In this document: positions 1-13,834 of the stretch, one piece after another | Position numbering within the stretch: position 1 is the first letter of the stretch | How the letters are laid out: each line of letters starts with the position of its first letter | Assembly: GCA_002189035.1 (NCBI GenBank) | Contig: CM007990.1 | Coordinates: forward strand, 1,488,001-1,552,000 | Direction: 5' to 3' | Length of the DNA: 64,000 bases | Source of the DNA: Utricularia gibba | Lineage: Eukaryota; Plantae; Magnoliophyta | The notes under the pieces: model-generated | Told to the model about the DNA's origin: nothing | Database searches by the model: none | What the model saw: the letters and a program-made list of their open reading frames with translations, nothing else | Translations under genes and position numbers: made by a program

Positions 1-56
1 TTAACTGTGGAAAGGGGGACTGGTGGTTGTTGAAGTTGATTTTGTTCATTGCTCAC

Positions 57-3000
57 CATTTGATGACTCTGGGAAGGTAGACAATCCTGTTGGTGAGGTC
101 TACTTGCATTCCATCTTCCCGTTGCAGGTACTCTCTGGCAGCAGCTCTCAGTTCAGAATCAATGCCTTTGGTGGTGAAGAATCTGACGGAGGGGCTTCCT
201 TTTGCAGCATTCCAGATACCGAAATGGATGAGGGGATTTTGTTTCTCAAAGGCCAACTGCACCGCCGGCAGATCACATTTGTATTATTTCATTAGAAACA
301 TGTATGGCTAGTGCCTCTTGTAATGAAGGAGCAGTGTTTGTGTTACCTCCAGGCGCTTGTCTCCTCTACCGAAAGGCTTTGCTAGGAAGTATGGTGTCCT
401 CCGATTGCCTCTCAGAATGCCGTTGGTGATGGTGCTCAGGGAGTATGAATAGCCACCCACGACGTACATGAACTCAGAAAAGAATGCGATCCGATGATTG
501 AATGTCGTACCCGGAGGGCCAATTCTGATGACAGCATGGATAGCCATGGCATTATGCAAATTCAGGAAGAATACCAGCTTTTCCTTTTCTGAAAGTGTCG
601 TTAAATCTACTCTCTGGAGATCCTCCACTAATGCTATGTACCTGCGCACACAAAGAGAAACTTGCAACTTCAGAGTCTTGGAGCTAAAATGGTTACCAAG
701 AGAAATCTCAGTTCTCACCTCCTAAACTCTTCGCTATTGCTGATTCTAACATAATCCAGGTGTTCATGACCATCATCCAGTGAATAAGATTCAAGAATTG
801 CGGACATTAGACAAAAAAGCCTCTGGCTCAATGCAGTAGCAGACTTGGGCTCAAAATCGTTCACCATTCTGATGTTATGACATTTTGGGATGAAGGGTTC
901 ATGCTCGAGAAACCTGTAGCAGTGATTTCCATCCTCAAAATCATTTTCCCTGCATTCAGTTCACCAGGCTGCTATCAAAAGCTGTATTGGAAGACTGTAT
1001 AAAGTTCACTCCATGCTCTGAATATGAACACCTTCTTACCCAGAAACGTGATGAAAGAAATGCTTTCTCGCCAACTTCTTTCCAATATCGACGGCCTAAA
1101 AAAAAAGTAGAAACCATTTGAACACACCTCAGGTACAGTAGTCAAAATTGCAGGCACAGAAATGTTGGTGACCTAAGCTAGCACAAGTTGTACTAGTAAA
1201 TGAATGAAGAACAGAGTTTGCTTAGAAGATAAACAGAAACTCAGCCTACATGGAATGAAATTGGTTGTCTTTATTCTACAAAACATTACCGCTCCGTCAA
1301 TTAAGGCTTCATAATCCACCAGACTTAAAAGGATTGTCAAATACGGACAATGAATTTACTCGCCTACAAAGTTGACCAAATCCATTGCAATCAGCAGCAT
1401 ATCGATACTTGAGACTTTCAACCGCATCAATAAATGAAGTTTAATTCAAAACATAACTCTCCCCCTCAAAATTTAACCCATAGAAGATTCATCTGAAGTA
1501 GACCATTGCATAAAAAAGATGGTGGCAAACCAATGCCAGGGGAAAGGGTTCAGTCTTCGTGTAGCTGAGTAGCTAAAGCAGATTAATATATAGACTCTGG
1601 ACAGTTAATGATCTTTGTAACATGAACTGAAGCTGGGATAATAACACACAGAAAAAGCACCTAAATGCCTCAAAGCTGAAAAAGAGTCAATTTCCGTGAA
1701 AGATCGGCAGCTAAATTAGGCCAATCTAATGACTCTCCACTGTTAGAGATCCTTGTATATGAACCTTATGGGTAAAAACAGAAAATTTTACTTTTTCCCT
1801 AGAAAGCTCTTTAACCAGAAAAAAACATTAAGGTGAAGCAAACAACAAATAGGGGCAGCAACATACGACCCCACATACTGTAGAACTGCAATGACCAAGC
1901 ACTGGTTCACCTCACGGATTAAGACTCGCTTTGATGATATAAAAAAGCTGGTGGCTTCTTCATACAGAAGAAGTATTATTTTACATGCAGCATTTAAGAA
2001 CAAAAAAGTAAAGAAAAAAACTCTAAGCATGAGGAACACCTTTGCATGATGTCAGAATTCGAGGGTAGAAATGTAACTTTAAGCATACCTTTTTGCGCCC
2101 ACAGTCCAAATGATGAATCAGGACCTCCACGAGCTCGGCGCCGTGGAAACAATTCTTCACGAATTTCATCTTAGTCACACGATCTTGAATCGGAACGCGT
2201 TTTCTTGCAACCCGCACCACCGGCATCATCTCGTCCTCGGCAGCGGCATCCTTTTCTACTGCGTCGAAACCGTAGATCGGCGGCGATGGAGCTTCCGGCG
2301 GGCACTTTAGGGAAAGAATTTCCTCGATTTTCGCGTCGAGTCTCCCGCTATTTCGTAACGAATTGAGTGCAACAAGGCCTCCGATTAGCTTCTCGTTGAA
2401 GAATAATTGCGGTGGAGAAGCGCCGTCTGTTCTTTCAAAGAATTCTTTCTCCCTTTCTGGATAAACATCGATGTTGATTTCGAAGAAATTCAAGTTATTC
2501 TTGCGGAAGAAGGACCGCATAGCGCCGCAATCCCTGCAATTTGACCTAGAGAAGAAGGTGATTCTTCCATTGAGTTCCTCTCTATCCTCTCTCGGAGATT
2601 TAATCACTTTCACCCCAACGAGATCAAACTCCTTAACCACGTCACCTTCCTCACTTGTCAACGACGATATCCGCCGTGTGATCGCCGCCGATTTATCGCG
2701 AAAAAATTTTCCGATAGCCACGACGGCAGGCGTCTCCAACGTCTCCGGAGATGGAACGCCCTGTTCCGATGCCCCTGGCGGCGCTTGAGGCTGCGGGAGC
2801 GCCGAATGAGGCCGAACCATCAAAGCATTCTCCCTCACCATGAAGCGCGCGCCAGGAACCCTATCGATTTCACCTTCATCCTCTTGATGATTCCCTTGGA
2901 CGTTCCCGTTTCCCTTTTGTACATCAATATCACAATCCTCTGACTCTTGCCGATGCCCGCCGGATTGATCAGAGCTGTTGGCCTCTTCACCTCCTCCGTG

Positions 3001-3069
3001 ATACGACGAATCCAAGGCGGAGGCGGAGTCAATCCCGGAGGTCAGCGAGTTCGTAGGAGAAGGCTCCAT
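57..3069 (-). CDS. Glutaredoxin-like + DEP + DUF547 domain protein, 3'-partial (continues beyond the left edge)
   Basis: Exons 3069-2089, 1095-1040, 949-719, 641-347, 256-57, all GT-AG with consistent phases. Thioredoxin-fold motif FFSRSNCRDCGAMRSFF...GGLVALNSLRNSG, DEP region NCFHGAELVEVLIHHLDCGRKK|AVDIGKKLARKHFFHHV, DUF547 motif EKLVFFLNLHNAMAIHA...PLIHFG. Confidence 0.92.
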
Positions 3070-6000
3070 CGTCTACGATCGAGAAGACGGAGTGAAAACA
3101 AGGGAAATTTTGCCAACGGAATGACAGTAAGCCACCAATCACATGTCGAGGACAACCCTTCTGTCTCCAAGTACGTACGTCATATATAAAGAGTTGGCGT
3201 TTTACGCACTAAACTCCCAATTTAATCCAATTTTAGGCCCTTTTTTACAATTTATGAAAATTAATTGCTTTTTCTTCTCTTTTTCCGTCATCCCATGCAT
3301 TCACGCAACACACAAATAATTAACTACCAAGTCAACTCTGTCTTTTATTTAAGAAATCTAATCGAACTTAGAGTGATTATTTTAAAAGCTAATATTTAAA
3401 AACGGATAATTCCATAGGATTTTTATATTTTTCTATGAGTAAAAATTATTCGAAAAATTGCATATGGAAGTAAATCATATTCCGTGGCATTTAGAAATAA
3501 AATGATAAATAGATGAAAAAATGAGAAATAATGAATAAATCACTTTGTATCGCACGTATAAAATTCATAAAATAAAGCTATAAAACAAACGTTGTTTCGT
3601 GCCTAGAAAAAATTGACATTTTTGGGGACATACATCCATAGGAGTCATTATGGATGCTTAAAAAAATTTAAAAAAATATTATACTTTTGAAGCACGGATA
3701 AAGATACACGTACATGTATGAAAAAAAATTGATATTTCTGAAATTGTTTCTAGACACTTATAAGAGTTTTGTAGGTATTTGAAAATATAATTTTATTATT
3801 TTAAAACTAATTTTTAATAATTCGAATGAAATCATATAATTCAGTTTCGGTTCCGATTTCGATTCGATTCCAAGTTTATGATTCCCGTTTTGATTCGAAA
3901 CTGTGCGAATCAGTTGGGTTTACGTTCGGTTCAACCGAATTTGACATCAAACAGTAGTTTATAAACATAAATTCAATTAAACCGATCGATTCGGGATTCC
4001 CAACAGGTCTTGACTGAGGGTGTGGCAGGTGGCATAAACAAGGCTCAAGTTCAAGTCTCATTAATGCTCATAATTTGCATTACGCTACTCTCTAGTTTTT
4101 TTTCCTTTTACCTTTTACTCATTCAAATGGGTCTCCATAATTCAAGTGACCTACTCTCTTCTCCATCTCTAACTTTGTGAGTATTATTTTTCGCTTAGTC
4201 TAGCTTTGATTTTTCTTCTTGAAAAATGCTTTTTTATGAAATTTTTTTAATAATAATACCAAAAACAAATTATACCAAAACATGAAAATATTGAGGATTG
4301 TTTTTGCTCGATGTTTTAAATCTTGAGGACTAAAAATATCTAGTACACAAAATAGTATGAACCAATTATGACAATTAATACTAAATATACCAACTTGATG
4401 AAATATTGGAGATCAATTATGTCATTCAGTGAAACAATAAGAACTGTTAGCCACAAGGTTTAACAAAAAAAAAATGTAAATTCAGGGTATTTAATGTTTA
4501 AAATAGGTGATTCCATAAAAAAAATCGAAAAATGATTATTTTAAATATCAAATATACAAATGATTGGATTATCCTCAATAGTTAATAACAATAACAAATC
4601 AAGTAGGCAAAATATTTAGTGGAATTTGGGGGAAAAAAAAAAGGAAAGAAAGACCAAATTCTTGGGCATCTCATGTCCGTCGGGTGGATCCAGTCAACCA
4701 ATAGGAAATTATAAAGACCCGTTCTTTTTATATTTTATGAATATATTTTTTTCCTTTTTTTGTGGTTGACGCGTGGATTTTGAGAAGGTCCAACCTTGTT
4801 TTTCCTGAATGGGTCTTTTGGAGGGGACGTTCCCTATTTCACAATGGAGGAAACGTTCACCATAGACCGAGTCTAGACAACACGGGGAGCGTTTGTATAT
4901 TTATTAGGGGTTGTTTGATAATAAATTATAGATGATCTATACTTAAGTTTATAGATATACTGTTATTTATATCGTTATTTGATTGATTAGTATATATATA
5001 TATATATCAATCTTGTATTTCTATATTATTGACATACTCATTTTTTGAATATATGAGTGGTATATATAAATTAAGTGAAATTCTAGTTATATGTATATCA
5101 TTTATATATTAAAACTTTTATTTTTGTATATCAAACATTGATTACAATTGAGTATATACATATTCAATTACAATATATTTAAATATACTAATAACTTATT
5201 ATCATACAATCCTTTACATATTTTCAGAAAAAAGGAGAATGATAAGTAAAATGAATTAATGTTCCGTAATTTTAAAAAATATATATTGAAAATTACCTTG
5301 ACTATTTGAAGCTCACACATTTCTATCAAATTATATTTAATATTCATGATTTTATTAGAGATACGTCACATGTTGAATTTATGTATTTCTGTCTCCCTGT
5401 AAATGTCTCTATTTTTTTTTTGTTTCCTTATTTTCTCTCTATTTATTAACTATTTGAAGCTCGGTATCAAGTGTCCAAAGTTGTGACAATATCAATGAAT
5501 GTGACCAAGTATTATCTAGTATGGTCCTCATATCATCATGTGTCTATACCATAAAATGTGATTGGATATTATCGAGAATTATTATACCATAGTGTTGTAT
5601 GTATCAGTGTTGTTAGTCATTAAACCCACAATGATTACATTTTATTATAACCAAACATATATCTAAATCTAGTTACGTTCACTTTTTATTTTGTACGATG
5701 ATATCGATTCTAAAAAAATAACATCCACTCCACCATATATTATAAATGACTTTTAATATCCTTAACTATAAAATGTTTAGAAAAATAGATCTCTCCCAAA
5801 ACACGTCACAAACCCTAGGCCACTCAAACAAGCACTCATGGGCTCTTTCTATCAAACTCTACTGGGTAATCTTATGCATTTGATTCATTTTTAGTTTCTT
5901 TTTCGTTTTTTGTTGTATATCTTTCATATTTATTGCCGTTTTAAACTAATATAACATTTGTAATTTCTAATAAATGTTAGAAATTAAAGGGTATAGAGAT

Positions 6001-6420
6001 TAATTTATATAAATTAAGTTCATTTGATTAATGTTTTACCAAATAATTTTATAATCAGGTTCACTTAAATGTGTATCGATATAACTTGTTTCAACTGAGC
6101 TCACGGTATCCCGGGTTTTTGACTATAGTTCCAAACAAGCCCCATGTTTGCTTGCATGATGAGCGTGGTAAGGTCCCCAGTCTACTATTTAGTCAATGGT
6201 TCCAAAAGCTTTTAAAAGCCATAAGCATATTCAAGCAATACTTCTTAAACACAAGCAATGGACATATTCAAGCGACCACCTTGTCATTCAATCCCATGAG
6301 TAACAGAAAATCAAGAACTTGGAAATGAGATTATCTCCAATGAGCTACACCAGTTCTCTGCTCACATCAAAATCAGAAAGTCGTGTCTAAATAACGCTGC
6401 ATAATCAAAACCTGTGTGGA

Positions 6421-8811
6421 TTAGGAGTACACGACGCCCATCTTCTTTGCAAAATCGTCGTCGTCGTCTTCATCATCATCATCATCTGCGTTGTCGTCTT
6501 TGCCATCAGTGTACTGTCCTTCTACAGCGTCTGTGTTCTGGTCCTCGTACAACTCAAGATCATCTTCACGATTGTAGTCATGATCTTCACCATTCTCTTC
6601 AGCACCATCCTCTACATACATATCATCTTCCCCGTTCACCATGGGGGCATCAGCTTTCAGTGTGGAATCGGATGCATCTAGTTTTTCCGTCTCGTCGTAT
6701 GCAACAGCAAACTTTGTCTCATTCTCAATTGAGTCCTTTTCCATAACTTCATCCTCCGCTGAAGAAATATTACTTACAATCCCATTGGTTTCATCCCTCT
6801 TCCGCTTCAAAATTTCTTGAAGAGACTTGGGGCCTTCAAATGATACGCCACCTCCACCGGGATGTTCACCTGAGAACACACGTTTTCTCTTCCCGAATTG
6901 CTGATCACTTTGTGCCTGTCCAGTAGATTCTGTATTTTTTCCATTCTTCAGCTCGGAAAGACTTTTTGGGGCAGGGAAATCTGCATTGCCGTCAAGTGAA
7001 GGGACATCTCTTCTGGTATAGGAAACTCCATGATCCCTCTGACTATTTGCAAAGGGATCTTCAACCCTTGATTTTATCATCCCTCGTGACAGAGTCGTGT
7101 CACATGGAGATGATGATCTTCTGGGAAGTCCAATTCTTCCACGAAGGCGGCCACCAAAAGAATTATCACGCAAGGAAGTATGCTGGTCATCCCTGTGCGC
7201 ATCCTGGTAACTCTTCCCCTGAATCTGAATATCATGAGAAGGTTCATGGTGGATAACAGACCTTAAGCTGTTGGGCCTCTTATTCTTTGTTAACCGATGC
7301 CTGAGATCCGATTCATCAATTTGACTGAGGGTTCTTGGCCTAATATGTGGATCATTCTCATAATAGGAGCCTCCTGACATCCTCTCACTCAAAGCTTGGT
7401 GTCTTTCTGAAGCAAGATGGCGTATACCAGAAACCATGTAGTAGTCATCGGAGTGGCCAATATCTAACTCATTCCTGGCTTCATGTTCCGCCGGCATGCC
7501 ATATCTATCATCCCCAGTATAGTAATTAGGATCTCTTCCTTCATCATCAACAAGGACATCAAACCCTGGAGATGGCTCCCTTGAAGCTTCATCGATGTCC
7601 TTACTGTTCACACCTTCAGGTTCACCAAAATGATGCAATTGTTGAGCACGATCAGGCATTCGCATAGGATTTCCATTGGAGATGGGATGGCTAGGGCGAT
7701 GTCCACGGGAATCATTGATAGCAGAGACAGAAGCAGATACATCATTGGCTGCTTTTTCTTGAGAGGCAGCGCTAATGGGTTTAGAAGCAGGTAAAACATT
7801 TTTCTCTATGATCCTTTTTGGAGTTCCACTGCCACTTGCTTTAATAGTTGTATTCTCAGAAGCAACAGCTGCTACCGGCGCAGGAAAGGGCTTGCTAGCT
7901 GAGAAACTTGGTACAACATGGAGAAACGGACACCAGTCACCTTTCATGCAGTGCCCTTTCTTGAAAAACACACAGGGCACTGTTGAAGAATTTGGTGCAA
8001 CAGGAATGGCTGTGGCCACAGGACGTGGCACGGAAGCAGAGGATGATGCTACCTGATTTCCAAGCAGTCCATCAAGAGGCTGAAAAAAAAGAGTTGAAGA
8101 ATGAGATAGCAATTAATCAGTAAAAGCACACATAGAGAAATGAAGGGGAGTAACAAAAGACTCAAAGGCTCCCAAAATCAAATATGTCTTACCGGATGCC
8201 GAAAAGCACATTTTGGGTTTAAGCAGCTGCTAGTTTGCCAATACCAACAGTCCCTTGGATTTAATCGTGCAACATCACTGTGCCGATAATCACACTCACT
8301 TCCCTAAAAGCATAGAGAAGACAACCCACAAATGTCAACATGAAATAAAAATCAAAGTTCCACATAAAAAAAAAAAATCCCAACGGCTTCAACTGCACTC
8401 ATTAATTGACGTCGAATTGATGATGGAAAAGCAATACAGGCAACAGAAAGATGTAGACAGAAATTTAGGTTATCGACAGCCATCTTCAAAGGCAAACTAC
8501 AATTAGCAACATCTCTACACAAGAGCACGAAAAATAAAATTCTATTCAATTCGCATCAAATCACAATAACCATTTCACGAAGGCGTCGCATAAAAAGTAA
8601 ACGTTCAAAACTCTCCGAGGCAAAAAACAAAAAAACAAAAAAAAAACAAAGCAACTGTATCCACAATTCACAAAAAAACGAAGAGGAAAAAGAGTACCTT
8701 CTTGCAGGTTAAAGGAGAAGCAAGAAAGTAAACGCAGTCGGTATTCCTCTTGATGGCTTCTTCTTGGGAAGACAGGGGCTGAGACTGAGATTGGGGCGTA
8801 GAGCTCGTCAT
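6421..8811 (-). CDS. Zinc finger CCCH domain-containing protein (three N-terminal CCCH fingers, acidic C-terminus; At2g02160-like)
   Basis: Exons 8811-8698, 8303-8193, 8079-6421 in phase 0. Fingers: DCVYFLASPLTCKK|GSECDYRH, DCWYWQTSSCLNPKCAFRH, PCVFFKKGHCMKGDWCPFLH; C-terminus FEGPKSLQEILKRKR and DDDDFAKKMGVVYS. Confidence 0.93.
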
Positions 8812-11800
8812 TTCTTTCCAATCTCACACGCCTCCACGCAATCGTGTAGATCTAGAGCTGGATTCGCAACAGCCGTTGTCTCCTCCGCCGGGCGCCGCGC
8901 CAGAGACGAATTGAGACCCCCGGCCCAAATCCAGAGAGAGCAGAGACCGGGATGGAGTTGTCCGGAAGGGGCGATACGATAGGCTCAGACGGATCACCCA
9001 ATGCCCTCCCCTTTCTTTGAAATAAATTTATTTTTAAATTAGGAATATAGCAATTGTATAAATTTGAGCTTTAATTCCAATAATCATAAACTCAATTGAC
9101 TAGGCTACTCGGTATGCAGGGTTAATTATTTTCCACAAAAAAAAATTTAATAATGTAAGATATTATTTTTCACTAGGTTTTTTTTATTAAATTTAATATA
9201 TTTCTAGCACAATATACTCTATCTATTTAAAAAGTAATATTTTATAAAAAATTTAAATTATTTTGAGTCAATACAACCTGTTGGCATTCATTTGATTCAT
9301 AAAAAAATATTTAGCATGTGTTTGAAATGATTATTTATATTTTAAATATTAATGACATCTATATTTATAAAAAATTTTATTTTGCATGAGTTTTCTTTAT
9401 TGATTGAGTCTTGATTATTTTTTTATTTATTTTAAATATATTTATCAAAATACAATAACATTTTAAACATATATATTTATAAAACATATCATTTAAATAC
9501 ATTTGAATTATAATTACGTAATATGTGCTTATCTAAATAGAAATTATTTTAATATAGCATTGATAAAATTATTTCAAATGCACCACTATTGCTTAACCTA
9601 AAGTAACCAAAAACTACAGAAATATGATTCTCTAGTCTTGGGCTATGTTGTCTACAAATGGAAAGGTTGATAAATAATTCCCTATTCACAAATGCCAGGA
9701 TACATAGGTGCATAGGGGTAATTTCAATTTTATAATATTCAAATTATATTAAATTATTTTTTAAAAATATAAATTATCAATAAATTATAAACTACTTAAT
9801 AAAAAATCATAAAGTATCATTTGTTAAGTTAAGATTTGTGAATGATTGAGATTAAGGATTTGATATCCTTAAATCTTAGAATTTTGTCAATAAGTATTTA
9901 CATATTTTATATTTTTACTTATGCTTCCTCCAATAACCTCCAATTTGCTTAAGTTTGAAAGCTTTAAATTGCCTCCCTCCACCTTCTGAAATATTTCCAT
10001 CCAATGTTCTTTTATGATATCTATCTTTTTCATTTCTGAATTAATGTTTTTCCTCGATTTACATAGAAAATCATACATCAATGTAGCTTTTGTCCCATAC
10101 TTATGATTTTGAAATAGATGTGATGGAGGTCTTACAATTGCAGTTGGACAAGTATGATTTCAATAATTCAAGAAGTGTAACTATTCTTCCACCCATTCTT
10201 AGATAACCTTTCGTCAACTACATATTGCTTGAGAATTTTCAAATGTATCAAGAACAAGTTTCGGTTCTGGTTCAAACTGATCGCAATTCTAACCTACAAT
10301 TCATCAATCGAACACGTTGTATTTGTGCTACTTTGCAAGCACCCGGTCTCCCAAACAAATCCTTCCTTAACAGACAAGTTTTGGTTAATGAAAATACACA
10401 TACGTTGATAGAATATATAATATTATATTGAAAAATAAAAGTAAAATAATTAAATATATAAGAAATTACATATTATTAATAATCGATTTGATTTAATCTT
10501 TTTTAATATGATTCATGTTTATTATGTATTTAGGTTTCATGTTTGCGCTCGGCCTACTATATCGTATCATGAATTTCAACATCCGCAGGGTTAGGACTGG
10601 ACGAGAGCACTTGATCTAACACAAATGCAAGAATAAGGTCTAAGAATTGATGAGTCAATGGAACCGGGACCATGTCGCCTCGTCTCTGTCACTATTGTGA
10701 TGCGCTGACTGACTGACAGTGTGCAACGCACAGTTAGAAATGGCTGGTCATTGAGCAGGTCGGCATGTCCGGCCACGTCATGTTATTTCCAAGCTGGTGC
10801 TAGAGTTGGCTCCCGTGTCCCGACTATGACCTTCTGATATGTATCATACGTAGCCAGCCACCAGCCGACTGTACGATACAAGTAACTTGCTCCTATTGTA
10901 AGGGAAAATGGAGTATTAGACTTGATTTGAAAATCAGGGGCAGCAATTAAATTTGGAGACTTGCAAACGCCCACCCATAATCGCATCTAAAATAGAAATA
11001 AATGAGGAAGAGGACATGGGGGGGATTGGGTGACATTTTGGCAATATTTCATTTAATTCCTCAATAGGGGGTTTAAGTTTGCGAGGCCCCATTGTGACAC
11101 CCGTGTATTTATAATAAGAACAAAAATACTCATATTAATCTTCACATCTTTTCCTCAATTGAGAACAACTTTTGAATCAAAATATAATTTTTTCAAATTT
11201 TTAAGTTCTCTCGAAACCTATTTCAAATAACTAATTGCTTTCATAGTTACCACTACTGAGTTCAAATTAGAAATTATCTTTAATACTTCGTCTCTTTTTC
11301 CATTATTTCTTAATTTCTTTCAAAATGGAGGTTGGCTCACTTTACTTCGATCTTCTCTTATGTGGTTGGGCATGCAAACTATTCCTCACTATCGTCTTCC
11401 TCTTGGTTTTTGTCCTAGGGTGGTCGAAGTATACTATGCAAAATCCAAATCGATCATGAATTGAAGTTAGAATGATATTGAGTAGAATGATTATGTAAAT
11501 ATTGTACGAAGTATTTTTTTGAATACGATAACACATTATTGATATAAACTTCAAAGTTAGACATAACTAATCTAAAATAATTTGAGTATTAGTGATCGTT
11601 TAGAAAGGCAAATCAAATATGTGAAAAGCATAAAATTGTAAAAATTGAGTGATCAAATCTCGTTACACCTATTATTTATTAATGATGGCACATAATATAC
11701 TCATTATTATGTAATATATTATTAAATAAAAATAAAATTTGATAATACCAGAAACGAAAGGATTCCGTCCCATTTAGGATGTAAATGCAGTTTGATTGAG

Positions 11801-12043
11801 ATTATCATTCCCGATCCCGATCGGGAAGGGGGTGCGGCGCATGTGCGAATGTGCGGGAGGTAAAGGGGAGGCGGATGGGTGGGATTCGTGGGGCATAAAA
11901 AGTTGGGGAGAATAAATTATGTTGGTTGGTTGGATGGCGACGGACGCTCAGAATTTGAACCAGCGCTGAGCGGTCGGAGTCCCCCATTCATCAACGGTCC
12001 GAAAACCAGAGAATTTCATTTCACGGAGAGGAAGAAGCCAAGG

Positions 12044-13834
12044 ATGGAGTTTCGGATGTGGGTTTTGCTTTTGCTTCTTCTTCTGATCACGAGCCGCTCT
12101 TCTTATTGCCAGTCAGGGGAACTCCCACCGGCGGACTGCTCTCCGGCGGACAGAGATGCTCTGCTTGGCTTCAAGGCGGAAATATTGACGGACACGACTG
12201 GCGTTATGGCGACTTGGACCGGGTCGGATTGCTGCGCAGGTGGCTGGGAGGGAGTGGAGTGCGGTGGCGGCAGAGTGAATAAACTGATACTGCAGAGGCC
12301 GGCAAGAGGCGCCGACGACGTTTTATCTGGAGGACCCGCGGGTGCTGCCGCCGGTTTCATGAAGGGACTTCTGTCGCCTTCTCTGGGTGGGTTGCAGTTC
12401 CTGGAGACACTGGTGATCAGTGGAATGAAGCAGTTGGCTGGCCCGATACCTGAGAGCTTCTCAAACCTGACGAGACTGGAGAATCTTGTTCTTGATTACA
12501 ATTCATTGGAGGGGGAAATTCCATTGAGCTTGGGAAGATTGAAGAATCTGCATACGTTATCTGTCAGTTGGAACAATCTGAGTGGTCAAATTCCTGCTTT
12601 CTTGGGAACTTTGCGACATTTGCAGCACTTGAATCTTGCTAAGAATTCTCTGATAGGTGCGATCCCTGAAGCACTCAGCACTCTTACAAGGATGCAGTAT
12701 CTTGATCTGAGTTCCAACTCTTTGTCTGGACCAATACCCAACTTCATTGGGAAGTTTGAGATTTTGAGGAATCTTGATCTCAGCAATAACAGGTTGTCTG
12801 AACGGATACCTGATGCCCTGTGCGACTTGTCCCAGCTTTCCGATTTGTCGTTGGATAGGAACCAGCTCACCGGCGTAATTCCGCCGCAAATCGGGAGCTT
12901 GAGATCTCTTACAGTACTCAAACTGGGTTCAAATAAACTTACAGGCCGAATCCCAGAGTCCATTTCCCAGCTGCACAAACTCTGGAGCCTTAACCTGTCA
13001 AGAAATCAGTTCATGGACACTTTTCCTGATGCAGGGCTTCCTTCGATACTGTCCATTGATCTCTCTTACAGCGGCCTTAAGTTGCAGACTATTCCTAGTT
13101 GGATCTCAACCAAAAAGCTTTATGATCTCCATCTTGCTGGATGTAATCTCAGTGGAACTCTCCCGAACTTCACACAGCCTGATTTGTTGCGATTCCTAGA
13201 CCTTTCAGACAACTATTTCACAACTGGAATTTCAAATTTCTTGCACATGATGAAGAGCTTACAGGCAGTGAAGATTGCAAACAACCTGCTTCAATCTGAT
13301 GCATCCTCAATCAGATTACCAAACCAGTTATCAGTTATTGATCTCCACTCCAACCGGCTTACAGGGTGGCTCTCAGGACTCCTGACCGCCGAGAGCAACA
13401 GATTCTTGGAGGTTTTAGACTTGTCTCAGAATCAGATTTCTGGGAGCATCCCAGAGCTCAATGCTGGACTGAACTTGAGGGTGCTCAACCTGGGAAGCAA
13501 CAAAATCACGGGCCAAATCCCGGTATCCATATCAAATCTGGGAAAGCTTCAAAGGCTCGATATATCAAGGAACATGGTAACTGGCACGATCCCTCCAACA
13601 CTTGGAAACATAGTGGGATTGCAATGGCTGGATATATCCTTCAATGGGATTGCGGGAAGAATCCCTGATAGCTTACTGCGGATCAAAGCACTAAGATATG
13701 CAGATTTCAGGGGAAACAAATTGTGCGGACAGATTCCACAGAATAGGCCATTCAACATTTTCCCTGCAACCAGATATGCTGACAATCTGTGCTTATGCGG
13801 GAAACCCCTGCCTCCTTGCAAGGAAAAAAGATGA
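12044..13834 (+). CDS. Secreted leucine-rich repeat protein (PGIP/DRT100-like eLRR, no transmembrane or kinase domain), 596 aa, intronless
   Basis: ATG at 12044 gives signal peptide MEFRMWVLLLLLLLITSRSSYC, LRRNT CSPADRDALLGFK...WTGSDCC...WEGVEC, many LxxLxLxxNxLxGxIP repeats, and C-terminal cap GNKLCGQIP...NLCLCGKPLPPC. The ORF-track start at 11879 is an upstream non-ATG extension. Confidence 0.93.
   Translation: MEFRMWVLLLLLLLITSRSSYCQSGELPPADCSPADRDALLGFKAEILTDTTGVMATWTGSDCCAGGWEGVECGGGRVNKLILQRPARGADDVLSGGPAGAAAGFMKGLLSPSLGGLQFLETLVISGMKQLAGPIPESFSNLTRLENLVLDYNSLEGEIPLSLGRLKNLHTLSVSWNNLSGQIPAFLGTLRHLQHLNLAKNSLIGAIPEALSTLTRMQYLDLSSNSLSGPIPNFIGKFEILRNLDLSNNRLSERIPDALCDLSQLSDLSLDRNQLTGVIPPQIGSLRSLTVLKLGSNKLTGRIPESISQLHKLWSLNLSRNQFMDTFPDAGLPSILSIDLSYSGLKLQTIPSWISTKKLYDLHLAGCNLSGTLPNFTQPDLLRFLDLSDNYFTTGISNFLHMMKSLQAVKIANNLLQSDASSIRLPNQLSVIDLHSNRLTGWLSGLLTAESNRFLEVLDLSQNQISGSIPELNAGLNLRVLNLGSNKITGQIPVSISNLGKLQRLDISRNMVTGTIPPTLGNIVGLQWLDISFNGIAGRIPDSLLRIKALRYADFRGNKLCGQIPQNRPFNIFPATRYADNLCLCGKPLPPCKEKR

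Noticed and set aside
3580-5700. Several AT-rich MITE-like stretches (also 14280-14800, 15800-16450, 35578-35900, 52257-52625)
   Set aside because: Only partial TIR-like ends and no matching TSDs, so boundaries cannot be supported without genome-wide copies.
9880-11000. Coding-like or LTR-like segments between the CCCH and LRR genes, including a weak resemblance to an RT helix (EHWMEIFQKVEGGNLKLS)
   Set aside because: No YxDD or other diagnostic motif, and no termini or TSD. Probably old TE debris but not assignable.
11879-12043. N-terminal extension of the 651-aa LRR ORF
   Set aside because: It starts at a non-ATG codon; the ATG at 12044 directly precedes a clear signal peptide.
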